Source of the DNA: a virus
Taxonomy: Duplodnaviria; Caudoviricetes
Virus record (IMG/VR): IMGVR_UViG_3300033146_000601
Location: 1,621 to 65,620 of that record
Direction: 5' to 3' (one strand)
DNA: 64,000 bases
Below are positions 1-9,108 of the stretch, in pieces (position 1 is the first letter of the stretch; every line of letters starts with the position of its first letter). The notes below the pieces were generated by a model. The model was not told the DNA's origin. It saw only the letters and a list, made by a program, of their open reading frames with translations, and did no database searches. Made by a program: the position numbers and the translations under genes.

Positions 1-2
1 CA

Positions 3-1883
3 CATAATAGAATTAAAGAAATTCATTCACATGGTGAATTTTTAAATACGTTTGGACCTCCAGATTTTCGCAAAACCAGCATGTCTCATTATTGCATGGA
101 TAATGCAATGAGAGAAACCGATAAAGGATTATATATTCGATTAGTTCCTGAAGATGCTCAACTTGCAAATTGTATAATTTCAGCTGATACAGATTCATCA
201 GTTATTATCGGAAGTGATAATACAGAATTTACATTTAAAAACAAATGTTGTTATGTTAATAATATTAACCCTACCGTTTTTCATGAATATAAAGTAGGTG
301 AATGGATTTATAGTTCAGACGATACCCAAACTGAAGCTCGCCAAATTATAGCAATTGATTATGAAAACAATATTTATACATTAAATGCTGAATACTGTGG
401 AACAAGCGGAACAACCTCAGCATTTCGATTCAATCCATACCACATAAGTAGTCAAACTGATTTAAACCAATCATCATATCCAGTATTTCCCCCAACTGAT
501 TGTGTTTATCAATTTTATGCATTAGGTGCAGGCTCGTATTATAATAATTTACATATTAAAGGAGTTAGAAATTCAACTCTTGAAAAAATGTATATGACCG
601 AATCTGGAGATGTTAAATTTAAATTTTTATTTATGGATATTGCCATTTACGAAACCCAAAAAAATGGGGTTGACAAATTGATGGAAGGTCCATGGACAGT
701 TTCTTTAACAAAAGAAACCCCAGATGGAATGGTAATTCGAAATTTAACAAATGGAAATCCTTATTATATTGAACATATAATTAATGAACAAAGTACATTA
801 ATCAATATGATTGTTGGGTCACGAATATCTGATTTAACTGAAGGTGTTGATGAAGATCATGAATTAGCTAGATCTCAAATTATGTTATTATTAAGTCATA
901 ATAATCCAGTAAGTTCAGATTTGGTTATCCAAACACCAACTGGGGCAATATTCCAAAGTGGGTCAGATGGAACATCTGATGATAAACCATTATATGATAA
1001 TAATGGCAATCTTCAACTTGGAACTGATTTTAATTTTATAGCAAGATCTGCATATGATGGTAGTTTGCAAAGTTTTGATGGTTCAATTGAACAAATTCGA
1101 GAAGTCACATATCCATTATTTAATCCCGATTATATTATCACTGGTGGGTGGCCAATTGAAGTCCAAGATGGGGGTAGATTATTAGCTAGTATTCGAGAAG
1201 ATGTATTGCATATTGGAGACACTGGCCCAAATATTTCTCATAATATTGATTTGAAAATTCGAAAAAATGAAATGCCTTGGAATAATTGGACAAGTATGTT
1301 ATATACCCAATTTAGAACCATCAAAGATATTTATACAAATGAATTAATTTCAATATCTCCAGTATATCATGCAATTGCTGCTCATCTTCGTAATGATAGA
1401 TATAATTTTATGGGAAATCCGGTAGCTGGGTATGACAAGGGAATGGTTATCGAACCTATTGATTTGATGTATAGAAGTAATCATACTGGTCGTGGAGATT
1501 TAGGAGATGCACAATTAAATTGCACAATAACTGAACCCGATGGTAAATATTTTTTAACTCAATTAACTACTCATAAAACATTATCAATTTTGCAACGAGC
1601 ACATGTTGCTAAATTTCTATGTTTTGTAAGAAAAAGTATTAGACCATTATTAAAACCATTATTACAAAAACTTGGAACCCCATATAATATTTCGATAGCG
1701 AATATGAAAATAACACAATTTTTAAATACATATTTATATTCTCAACAAGAATCTAGAAAAATATTAGATGATGCAAATGTATCAGTTCAATTTGATGATT
1801 CCAATTTTGAAATTAATGTATATTTATCTTTGAAATTTATTAGAGTAATTGAACATATTAATGTTTATATAGCAGTATCATAA
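3..1883 (+). CDS. Contractile tail sheath protein (5'-truncated by window edge)
   Basis: Frame is open from position 3 (HNRIKEIHSHGEFLNTFGPP, sheath N-terminal EF...FG.P pattern). C-terminus EINVYLSLKFIRVIEHINVYIAVS is typical of sheath proteins. Followed by tube genes. Confidence 0.85.
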   Translation, partial: HNRIKEIHSHGEFLNTFGPPDFRKTSMSHYCMDNAMRETDKGLYIRLVPEDAQLANCIISADTDSSVIIGSDNTEFTFKNKCCYVNNINPTVFHEYKVGEWIYSSDDTQTEARQIIAIDYENNIYTLNAEYCGTSGTTSAFRFNPYHISSQTDLNQSSYPVFPPTDCVYQFYALGAGSYYNNLHIKGVRNSTLEKMYMTESGDVKFKFLFMDIAIYETQKNGVDKLMEGPWTVSLTKETPDGMVIRNLTNGNPYYIEHIINEQSTLINMIVGSRISDLTEGVDEDHELARSQIMLLLSHNNPVSSDLVIQTPTGAIFQSGSDGTSDDKPLYDNNGNLQLGTDFNFIARSAYDGSLQSFDGSIEQIREVTYPLFNPDYIITGGWPIEVQDGGRLLASIREDVLHIGDTGPNISHNIDLKIRKNEMPWNNWTSMLYTQFRTIKDIYTNELISISPVYHAIAAHLRNDRYNFMGNPVAGYDKGMVIEPIDLMYRSNHTGRGDLGDAQLNCTITEPDGKYFLTQLTTHKTLSILQRAHVAKFLCFVRKSIRPLLKPLLQKLGTPYNISIANMKITQFLNTYLYSQQESRKILDDANVSVQFDDSNFEINVYLSLKFIRVIEHINVYIAVS

Positions 1884-1906
1884 ACGATTATTGAAAGGAA
1901 ATAATT

Positions 1907-2878
1907 ATGAGTAACTCTTCAATTAATATTATTAGTCGATTATCTGGTCGATTTGCAGGCGCACAAGTTAAGCGAATTCATCCAGATTTTTTAACAAGAG
2001 ATATTGGCGGACATTGGAGACAAAACCACCCTTATATTTCTGGATATTTTCAAATAATGGTAGGGTTGCCGGAAATTTTATTTGATAACCCATCCACAGA
2101 TGTCGATGGAACATCAAGTCGAGGGGGAACATCAGGAACAAATAATTCTAATTGGGCATCCAAATGGTTGCATTCAACTTGTGAATCATTTACTCCTCAT
2201 ACTCAAACAATCAACAAAGTAGATGTTCCTGGACAAGGACAAATTGGAAGTTCTTATGTTGCATCAGTAACAACCGGTAGAGAAATTTCGTTTGCATTTA
2301 GAGAGTATCAAGCTTTACCAATATTAGGAATTATTAAACAGTGGGCATCTGTTATGGATCCATTTACAGGAATGTCTCCATTAGGGGGTAGTCAATATTT
2401 ACCGCCTAATTATAAAGGTTGGATTGCAGTAGTACAAAACAAACCAACTCGATCACAGAATAATAGTTTTAAATTAAGTGATATTGAAGAGTGTTATATA
2501 TATCAAGGAGTATTTCCAACTACTATCCCACTAGATGCAATAAATAGTGACATTACAGCAAATGACACAACTAATTTATCAGTAACATTTTCATTTGATG
2601 GTGCTCCATTAACAAGTGCAGAAGAACAAGTTAGTGAAAAATGTATTGAATTGTTAAATAATATGCAAGTTATTGGTGAAGGAACTGTTGATGGAAGTAG
2701 TACATTTAATGAATATATGACTAATGGATTAGAAACCTCCCAGTGGGCACCAGTACTCACAGATTCTATTCCAACTACAGAAGTTGCACAGTTTTATGGG
2801 GGTGGTGCATCTGTTCTTCCAAATAATGTTAGCCCATCTAATCCAAGACCAGGTACACCACCTAATTCCGAAACCTAA
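1907..2878 (+). CDS. Tail tube protein (T4 gp19-like), paralog 1
   Basis: Directly after the sheath; tube-like pattern (CESFTPH, REISFAFRE, YIYQGVFPT, LSVTFSFD); RBS AAAGGA. Confidence 0.7.
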   Translation: MSNSSINIISRLSGRFAGAQVKRIHPDFLTRDIGGHWRQNHPYISGYFQIMVGLPEILFDNPSTDVDGTSSRGGTSGTNNSNWASKWLHSTCESFTPHTQTINKVDVPGQGQIGSSYVASVTTGREISFAFREYQALPILGIIKQWASVMDPFTGMSPLGGSQYLPPNYKGWIAVVQNKPTRSQNNSFKLSDIEECYIYQGVFPTTIPLDAINSDITANDTTNLSVTFSFDGAPLTSAEEQVSEKCIELLNNMQVIGEGTVDGSSTFNEYMTNGLETSQWAPVLTDSIPTTEVAQFYGGGASVLPNNVSPSNPRPGTPPNSET

Positions 2879-2896
2879 ATTATAAAGGAATAATAA

Positions 2897-3736
2897 ATGG
2901 CGGCCGTCAATATAATTAGTAGATTATCTAGTCGATTTGCTGGTGCACAAGATACACGAACTACTCCTGATTATTTGACAAGAGATAATAGTGGGCATCA
3001 AAGATTAAATCATCCATATATTTCTGGATATTTTCAAATAATTGTAGGTTTACCTAGTATTTTATTTACTAATATAAGTGGATCAATAAACAATACTGTT
3101 CCAGCATCTAAATGGTTACACACAACATGCGAGTCATTTACACCACACACACAAACAACCAATAAAGTAGATGTTCAAGGATTTGGACAATTAAGTAGTT
3201 CATACATAACATCAGTAACTACTGGTAGAGAGATTTCATTTACGTTTAGAGAATATCAAGCATTACCAATATTAGGTATTATTAAACAATGGTCATCTGT
3301 TATTGATCCTTTTACTGGGGTTTCTTCATTAAATGATAATCAATTTTTTCCACTTAATTATAAAGGTTGGATTGTAGTTGTTCAAACCAAACCAACCAGA
3401 TCACAGAATAATCCATTACAATTAACTGATATTGAAGAATGTTATATATATCCAAATGTATTTCCAACTAATCTACCATTAGATGCATTAAATAGTGACG
3501 TTACAGCAAACGAATCTGCAAATTTACCTGTTAATTTTTCATTTGATGGGTCGCCATTAACAAGTGCAGAAGAAGGAATTAGCGAAAAATGTATTCAGTT
3601 ACTTGGAATGTTTAAAGCATTAGGAAATGATAGCACATTTGATAAAACTATGAAAACTGGACTTGAAACGTCTCAATGGACACCAGTTTTTTCTCAATCA
3701 ATCCCATCTACTGAAGTAGCGTCATACTTTGCATAA
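2897..3736 (+). CDS. Tail tube protein, paralog 2
   Basis: Co-linear paralog of 1907-2878 (shared HPYISGYFQI, CESFTPHTQT, NYKGWI, DIEECYIY, PLTSAEE). Confidence 0.7.
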   Translation: MAAVNIISRLSSRFAGAQDTRTTPDYLTRDNSGHQRLNHPYISGYFQIIVGLPSILFTNISGSINNTVPASKWLHTTCESFTPHTQTTNKVDVQGFGQLSSSYITSVTTGREISFTFREYQALPILGIIKQWSSVIDPFTGVSSLNDNQFFPLNYKGWIVVVQTKPTRSQNNPLQLTDIEECYIYPNVFPTNLPLDALNSDVTANESANLPVNFSFDGSPLTSAEEGISEKCIQLLGMFKALGNDSTFDKTMKTGLETSQWTPVFSQSIPSTEVASYFA

Positions 3737-3757
3737 AATTTAGCAAAAAAAATAATA

Positions 3758-3793
3758 AAGCCTCACACAAATTAATGTGTGAGGCTTGTTTTT
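3758..3793. terminator. Bidirectional intrinsic terminator
   Basis: 12-bp stem AAGCCTCACACA/TGTGTGAGGCTT with A- and T-rich flanks, between convergent genes. Confidence 0.85.
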
Positions 3794-3797
3794 AACG

Positions 3798-3980
3798 CTA
3801 ATCGTTAAGGTTGTATTTATTTTTTAATTTTGTCCAACTGTCATTAATGACTGTGTCAAATTCAGAAATATTTCGATCTGCACCATCTTCATAAAGTTAT
3901 TCAGCTAATATGATAAATGTCTCAGAGGATAATATTTCCGATAATATTAATTTCAAATTAGATTTTGTAATATTATGCAT
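3798..3980 (-). pseudogene. Small ORF with one in-frame TAA
   Basis: MHNITKSN...ILAE*LYEDGADRN...NLND*; start overlaps the queC stop. Confidence 0.4.
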
Positions 3981-4662
3981 ATTGTATCGGATCTTTTAAC
4001 TTATTATTTTTGAATGCTTGTAATCTACTTAAACATGTAGAACATTTTCCACAAGATAATTCAGAATCGCAATAACACGATCGTGTTAATTCAAATGGAA
4101 TTTTTAATGCATTTCCAAGATTAACAATATCGGTTTTTGTCATATATGTTAATATAGCTTCAAGTTTTATTTCATTCTCTGTAGCTAAAATAATTGATTC
4201 ATATAATGAATCCAAAAATTCTGGTCTGCAATCTTTATATGTTTCGTGATCATCCATATGAACACCAAAAGCAATCATTGTTGCTCCTATACTATCAGCA
4301 TAACCGGCAAGTATAGACGCGAAAATTAAGTTTCTTGCTGGAACTACTGTTTTTTTAATATTTTCACTATTATAATGTTCTCCAAATGGAATTTTATTAT
4401 CATTATTTAATAATAAATTTGATTTAAATAATTGATTAATAAAAGTCAAATCAATAGTTTGTAGCGGGGGCAATTCAACATTATCCAGAGAATTATAATA
4501 ATCAATTATATTATTAATTGATTTGTTTTCCCATTTATTATGTTTTGAACCATAATTAAATGTAACTGGAATCACATCATATCCGTTATCAATATAATGT
4601 GCTAATAATGTTGTTGAATCTAATCCTCCACTTACACTAATAATTACTTGTTCATCTTTCAT
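3973..4662 (-). CDS. queC: 7-cyano-7-deazaguanine synthase
   Basis: SGGLDS PP-loop, FNYG, VVPARNLIF, YKDCRPEF, C-terminal SCY...CGKCSTC zinc site; no glutamine amidotransferase fusion. Confidence 0.95.
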   Translation of the reverse strand: MKDEQVIISVSGGLDSTTLLAHYIDNGYDVIPVTFNYGSKHNKWENKSINNIIDYYNSLDNVELPPLQTIDLTFINQLFKSNLLLNNDNKIPFGEHYNSENIKKTVVPARNLIFASILAGYADSIGATMIAFGVHMDDHETYKDCRPEFLDSLYESIILATENEIKLEAILTYMTKTDIVNLGNALKIPFELTRSCYCDSELSCGKCSTCLSRLQAFKNNKLKDPIQYA

Positions 4663-4673
4663 AAAAATTTCCT

Positions 4674-5048
4674 TTATGATAGTGATCCGATTGGAATATC
4701 AGTTATGTTTAATGTTTTTGGTGCAACTTTTGTTTTTGTTTTTTTATTTTGTGGAGCTTTTCTTATTACTAATGAAACACTTGTTTTTTGTGTAACAATT
4801 TCATCATATTTACTTTTATCTGAAACTATTTCAGACAATGCCATATAATTAATTTGTTTTCGAGTTGTCGATTGATATATACATTTCCATAATATACCAT
4901 CCGCATCTTCGCCAATTTTTTCATTAACTTTATCTCTGTGTAAAATATCAGCTATATCAGATCGAATATCTTTTAATATCCCATCTAATTCTGTAGCTTG
5001 TGATTTTACTTGAGAATATTTTGTTATTAATTTATCAAGTTGTTTCAT
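4674..5048 (-). CDS. Hypothetical protein
   Basis: 124-aa ORF; start overlaps the upstream stop (ATGA). Confidence 0.7.
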   Translation of the reverse strand: MKQLDKLITKYSQVKSQATELDGILKDIRSDIADILHRDKVNEKIGEDADGILWKCIYQSTTRKQINYMALSEIVSDKSKYDEIVTQKTSVSLVIRKAPQNKKTKTKVAPKTLNITDIPIGSLS

Positions 5049-5245
5049 AATGGTCTATATCCTTTTAAACTTTTAATTGATGGTTTTTTTTTAGATTGAA
5101 AATTAAAATTTAATTTATTCGGTGAAAAACTACTACCTGATGAAAGTGTTGCTCCTTCCCATATAGCTGATACGGCAAGAGCCAATACTGCTGGGATTCC
5201 TACCACTAATCCTAAATACATTGCTGTGCAAGCAACTTTTTTCAT
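5045..5245 (-). CDS. Small membrane protein
   Basis: N-terminal hydrophobic helix, basic tail, RBS AAAGGA. Confidence 0.6.
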   Translation of the reverse strand: MKKVACTAMYLGLVVGIPAVLALAVSAIWEGATLSSGSSFSPNKLNFNFQSKKKPSIKSLKGYRPL

Positions 5246-5330
5246 AATATAATTTTCCTTTTAAGTTAAGTTAAGTTAAGAAAAATTATATAATTAAAAT
5301 CAATATGTTTTTTTACTATTTAAAAAGTAA

Positions 5331-5909
5331 TTATTCTATTTTCCAAATTATGTCTGTTTCATTTTTCACAAATAGTGGAATTATATAATTCTTCAACAAT
5401 GATTCAATATCTGAATTATTAATTAATAATAAATAAAATTTATATTTTTCAAATATATATAAAAAGTCTTTATTATTAACAATAGCTTTATCAATTAATT
5501 GTAAATTTTGAAATTTTAATAAAATTTCATTTATAATTTTTAAAAATCCTGTTTTCAAATAACTCATATTATATGCAATTCTACCTGATAAATATGATTC
5601 AAATTCACTATAAGAATAAATTTTATAATGTTCTAAAAATGATGGTAAAATTGTTGAATAAAAATCTATACAACAAAAATTATATATATGCTCTCCTAAT
5701 TTATCATCATCATCATGAAGTTCTAATTGTAAAATATCATAATTTTCACTATAATAAAATGATATTTCATTATAAATTTTATTTTTATATGGTTTAGAAA
5801 TTGGATCCAACAAGTTAGATCCCAAATTATTAAAATCAATATATTGCTGTTTAATTATTTCAATCAATTGATCATAAATATTTTCGTCAATAGTCATAGG
5901 TATCGCCAT
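5331..5909 (-). CDS. Hypothetical protein
   Basis: 192-aa ORF, RBS AGGAG, promoter motif upstream. Confidence 0.7.
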   Translation of the reverse strand: MAIPMTIDENIYDQLIEIIKQQYIDFNNLGSNLLDPISKPYKNKIYNEISFYYSENYDILQLELHDDDDKLGEHIYNFCCIDFYSTILPSFLEHYKIYSYSEFESYLSGRIAYNMSYLKTGFLKIINEILLKFQNLQLIDKAIVNNKDFLYIFEKYKFYLLLINNSDIESLLKNYIIPLFVKNETDIIWKIE

Positions 5910-5940
5910 AAAAGTCTCCTAAAAAATAAATTTTATAATA

Positions 5941-5968
5941 ATATAATTTCTATATTAAATATTAGAAT
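5941..5968 (-). promoter_or_regulatory. Phage promoter ATTC-N11-ATAGAAAT
   Basis: Recurrent intergenic bipartite motif upstream of the 5909 start. Confidence 0.7.
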
Positions 5969-5969
5969 A

Positions 5970-6188
5970 TTAACTTGGTTTATCTTCTAATGCTTCTTCC
6001 CAAGTAATTACATTAGTTGGAAAAGGCCATTTTGGATGGCGCTCAAGATTATTTAGCATTGATGGTTTTCGAAAATCATCTTCAACCATAAAATCATACC
6101 CATATATTTTATCATTATCATCTAAATCTTCATTACACATAAATTCATTAACCAACTTATTTACATATAATTTTATATCTTTTCCCAT
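5970..6188 (-). CDS. Hypothetical protein, paralog of the C-terminal domain of 6197-7120
   Basis: Shared EDLD..NK.YGYDF...KP..L..LE...ITWEE.L pattern; RBS GAGG. Confidence 0.7.
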   Translation of the reverse strand: MGKDIKLYVNKLVNEFMCNEDLDDNDKIYGYDFMVEDDFRKPSMLNNLERHPKWPFPTNVITWEEALEDKPS

Positions 6189-6196
6189 ATATCCTC

Positions 6197-7120
6197 TTAT
6201 ATTGAATTTAAATATTCTTCCCAGGTAATAGATTCGATTTCATCATTGTCACTATCCCAATCATTTCTATTTTCTAACATATCTAAATCCGCAGGTTTTT
6301 CTGGACCATTTGTTATTTTAAAATCATACCCATATACTTTATTATTACCATCTAAATCTTCGGAACCTACAAATTCACTAATCAATACAGCTGAATATGG
6401 AAGTTTATCTTTTAATTCTTTACTTTTGTAAGAAAACGCTTCAATACTATCATCAAACCCGGCAGACAAAGGACACTCAAATACATCATTTACAATTACT
6501 TCTTTTGCATGTTCGGAACAAAATGCAATTATTTTATCTGAATTCATAGTAACAATTATATATGTTTTAGTTTTCCAAAATTCGTCCCAATTTTCAATAT
6601 CATATGAATGTGATTCTCCTATAACACATATTGTTGTTTCTGAATCAAAACCATTAAAATTTATTTTGTTTAATTTCCATTTTTGTGAATTACTTCCAAT
6701 CGATTCAATTTCATATATTCCATTTTCTTCAGGTGCAATTTGTTGAGCAACTAATATTAAATCTCCAGACATAATTTTCACACCATTAATAAAGTCTAAT
6801 TTTCCATTAATAGTTGCCGTTAATCTTTTATAAAATGGATCATATATTGCATTTAATGGCAATATAGTCATTGCATTAACACATTCATCATATAATGAAT
6901 AAACAGATTCTAATGAAGGATAATCAAGTGAACAATATCTAAGTGTTCTATAAAGTTTTGGTAATTTTTGTTTTTCCTCACAGTTATAACATTTGTGAAA
7001 ATATTCTTCCGGGTCATCAATAACAATGGTTTTATCGGGAACCATTTCACCATCACTACATGAATCACATAAATAATGGGTTATAAACATTCGATGTATT
7101 TTAATTTGTTTTTCAGCCAT
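6197..7120 (-). CDS. Mosaic protein: Zn-finger, tail-fibre-type segment and C-terminal domain
   Basis: CDSC...CYNC; INGVKIMSGDLILVAQQ...ENGIY resembles the common phage structural IDGV.L..GDRVLVK.Q...ENGIY motif. Confidence 0.6.
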   Translation of the reverse strand: MAEKQIKIHRMFITHYLCDSCSDGEMVPDKTIVIDDPEEYFHKCYNCEEKQKLPKLYRTLRYCSLDYPSLESVYSLYDECVNAMTILPLNAIYDPFYKRLTATINGKLDFINGVKIMSGDLILVAQQIAPEENGIYEIESIGSNSQKWKLNKINFNGFDSETTICVIGESHSYDIENWDEFWKTKTYIIVTMNSDKIIAFCSEHAKEVIVNDVFECPLSAGFDDSIEAFSYKSKELKDKLPYSAVLISEFVGSEDLDGNNKVYGYDFKITNGPEKPADLDMLENRNDWDSDNDEIESITWEEYLNSI

Positions 7121-7140
7121 TATATTTGTCCTAAAAAAAT

Positions 7141-7173
7141 AATATTGCTTCTAATATTATTAGAAGCAATATT
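7141..7173. terminator. Intrinsic terminator
   Basis: AATATTGCTTCTAAT/ATTAGAAGCAATATT inverted repeat. Confidence 0.7.
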
Positions 7174-7182
7174 TTGGGGTTA

Positions 7183-8097
7183 TTAAAAAATTAAATTACC
7201 TTGATCAGATTCATCAATACTTTCAATAGTATTAACTTTAATTTTTCCTCCAACAGTACAATTGACCATAGATAAATATTTTTCACCATCTTTTACTACT
7301 GAAATTTGATATTGTTCAGCTTCAACAGTTAAGAAATTATTAAGTCGAAGAGTTAAATCAGAATTATTTTCATTTAAATCTTGACTATCTTTTTTATGAG
7401 CGGGGAATATGTAAATGGCTGTGTCAGGAATATGTATTCCTTTTACATATTTGTCTTTAATTAGATATTCAATATAATCACTACTTTTACTTAGATTTTT
7501 GATTATTTTTCGTTCATTTTTATCGACTGTAAATTGAGCAATTGTTTCAGCAGCAGATGATATATCAAATGATTCAATATTTTGTTGCAGTATTGAATCT
7601 TGTTTGGGCAAAAATAATTTAATTTCCCCATCAGTAACAACAAATCGACTATTCTCATCATCTGAAATGATAAAAATATTATTATTACTACTAAATTGAG
7701 TAAACATTGAAATATATTTTTTTGGATTTATTATATCCAAATTAATAGTTTCACCTTTTTTATTTTTTAAAATTTGGGTCATATCGGCCTGTATAATACA
7801 ATCAACATTGCCTTGTGTAATTATTGAATCCCGTATCATAATAGTGTCATCATTTTCTTTTGATAACACAGATAATATTTTAGTCATATTATCAAAATTG
7901 GCTGGACTAATTTCTGTTACTACATTTTCTGGAGTTTCAGGAACATAGTTGTCATCTGGAATCATAGTTTGTTCTGAAACAATATTTGAAGCCGAATCAT
8001 TATTAGAATTATTAAATGGATCAACTAAATCCACATGTGGTGAGGGTGATATTTCTTGTTCTATATTTTGAATAACTGTATCCATAGCATTTGACAT
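7183..8097 (-). CDS. Sliding clamp (T4 gp45-like) with acidic N-terminal extension
   Basis: Residues ~70-304 follow the gp45 pattern by eye (LDIINPKKYISMF vs VAIYDLNGFLGIL; VTDGEIKLFLP vs IADARSTIFWP; QYQISVVKDG vs NYKLLLWAKG). Confidence 0.6.
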   Translation of the reverse strand: MSNAMDTVIQNIEQEISPSPHVDLVDPFNNSNNDSASNIVSEQTMIPDDNYVPETPENVVTEISPANFDNMTKILSVLSKENDDTIMIRDSIITQGNVDCIIQADMTQILKNKKGETINLDIINPKKYISMFTQFSSNNNIFIISDDENSRFVVTDGEIKLFLPKQDSILQQNIESFDISSAAETIAQFTVDKNERKIIKNLSKSSDYIEYLIKDKYVKGIHIPDTAIYIFPAHKKDSQDLNENNSDLTLRLNNFLTVEAEQYQISVVKDGEKYLSMVNCTVGGKIKVNTIESIDESDQGNLIF

Positions 8098-8110
8098 AAA
8101 TGTTTTTCCT

Positions 8111-8410
8111 TTACCAAGTTATATTTATAGTTATATTTTTTTTAGTCACTGAAAAAATCAATGATTTATCATATTCTTTTTCATTCAATGATTTAGATTT
8201 CAAACATTTAGAAATTGCAGAGAATATATGTTTTCCAAAATTATCTTCGAATTTAGTAGCCAATATATCATTTTCAAAAAATAATATTATATTTCTTTTA
8301 TTAATATGTTTATCAACAATTTTAATATTTGTCATCTTTGCTGAACTCATAATAATATCAGAATACCATTCAGTTTGAATTTTTTGCTTATACATAGATT
8401 TCCTTTTCAT
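8111..8410 (-). CDS. Hypothetical protein
   Basis: 99-aa ORF coupled to the upstream ORF by ATGA overlap. Confidence 0.6.
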   Translation of the reverse strand: MKRKSMYKQKIQTEWYSDIIMSSAKMTNIKIVDKHINKRNIILFFENDILATKFEDNFGKHIFSAISKCLKSKSLNEKEYDKSLIFSVTKKNITINITW

Positions 8411-8664
8411 TTAACAATTGTTAATTTTACTGGGGATTTTTTTGTTTGGATTTTTGAATATCCGATTATTTTAGATCTTTCTAATATAACAATATTATTA
8501 ATAGGTATATAAAATTCGTTCCCATCAATATTATATATTTTTTTATTTACCTGTGAACATACTAATGTGTCTTTTCCTGCATAATCAATTACACATTTAA
8601 ACTCATTATTCCCTTCTGCGAATATTAATATTTCAGTTTTTAATGGATATTTTAAGTTTCCAAT
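8407..8664 (-). CDS. Hypothetical ~85-aa protein with ATT start (missing from ORF track), possible Sm-like fold
   Basis: Open frame with no ATG/GTG/TTG, strong RBS AAGGAGG just upstream, and a TGA overlapping the next ATG. Confidence 0.55.
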   Translation of the reverse strand: MGNLKYPLKTEILIFAEGNNEFKCVIDYAGKDTLVCSQVNKKIYNIDGNEFYIPINNIVILERSKIIGYSKIQTKKSPVKLTIVK

Positions 8665-8693
8665 AATTACCTCCTTTTGATAAAAAAATAATA

Positions 8694-8723
8694 TTTCCTG
8701 CCAAAAATTAATTTGGCAGGAAA
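8694..8723. terminator. Intrinsic terminator
   Basis: TTTCCTGCCAAA/TTTGGCAGGAAA stem with AATTAA loop. Confidence 0.8.
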
Positions 8724-8732
8724 ACTTTGTTT

Positions 8733-8990
8733 TTATGCTATTTTTTGGAGCTGTATTGCCAACTCCGTATTCATCTTATTTTCTTGTAGGTCGACTTCAC
8801 AACTTACAAAGTCATTGTTGATGTTGACCTTTTTAATAAATTTTCTAGGCCAGCATATACAGTCTGGAAAGTTATTGGATATTAACTCGTTAACCGAGTT
8901 TTTCACGACAATCTCATCCCGTGTATAACGGGAATACGTAATCTCCAACAATCCCAATTTTTCATTTTTGCTAATCCAAATTCGCAACAT
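8733..8990 (-). CDS. Hypothetical early protein (start re-assigned to MLRIW)
   Basis: RBS AGGAGA before the ATG at 8990; promoter motif at 9074-9101; GC higher than flanks. Confidence 0.65.
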   Translation of the reverse strand: MLRIWISKNEKLGLLEITYSRYTRDEIVVKNSVNELISNNFPDCICWPRKFIKKVNINNDFVSCEVDLQENKMNTELAIQLQKIA

Positions 8991-9073
8991 AATTTTTCTC
9001 CTTTTAATAAATAAATAAATAAATAATAAATAATACAACATAAAATTAAAAAATATTTTTTAATCTTATAATT

Positions 9074-9101
9074 ATATTATTTCTATATAAAAAGTGAGAA
9101 T
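9074..9101 (-). promoter_or_regulatory. Phage promoter ATTC-N11-ATAGAAAT
   Basis: Full bipartite motif. Confidence 0.7.
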
Positions 9102-9108
9102 ATAAAAA

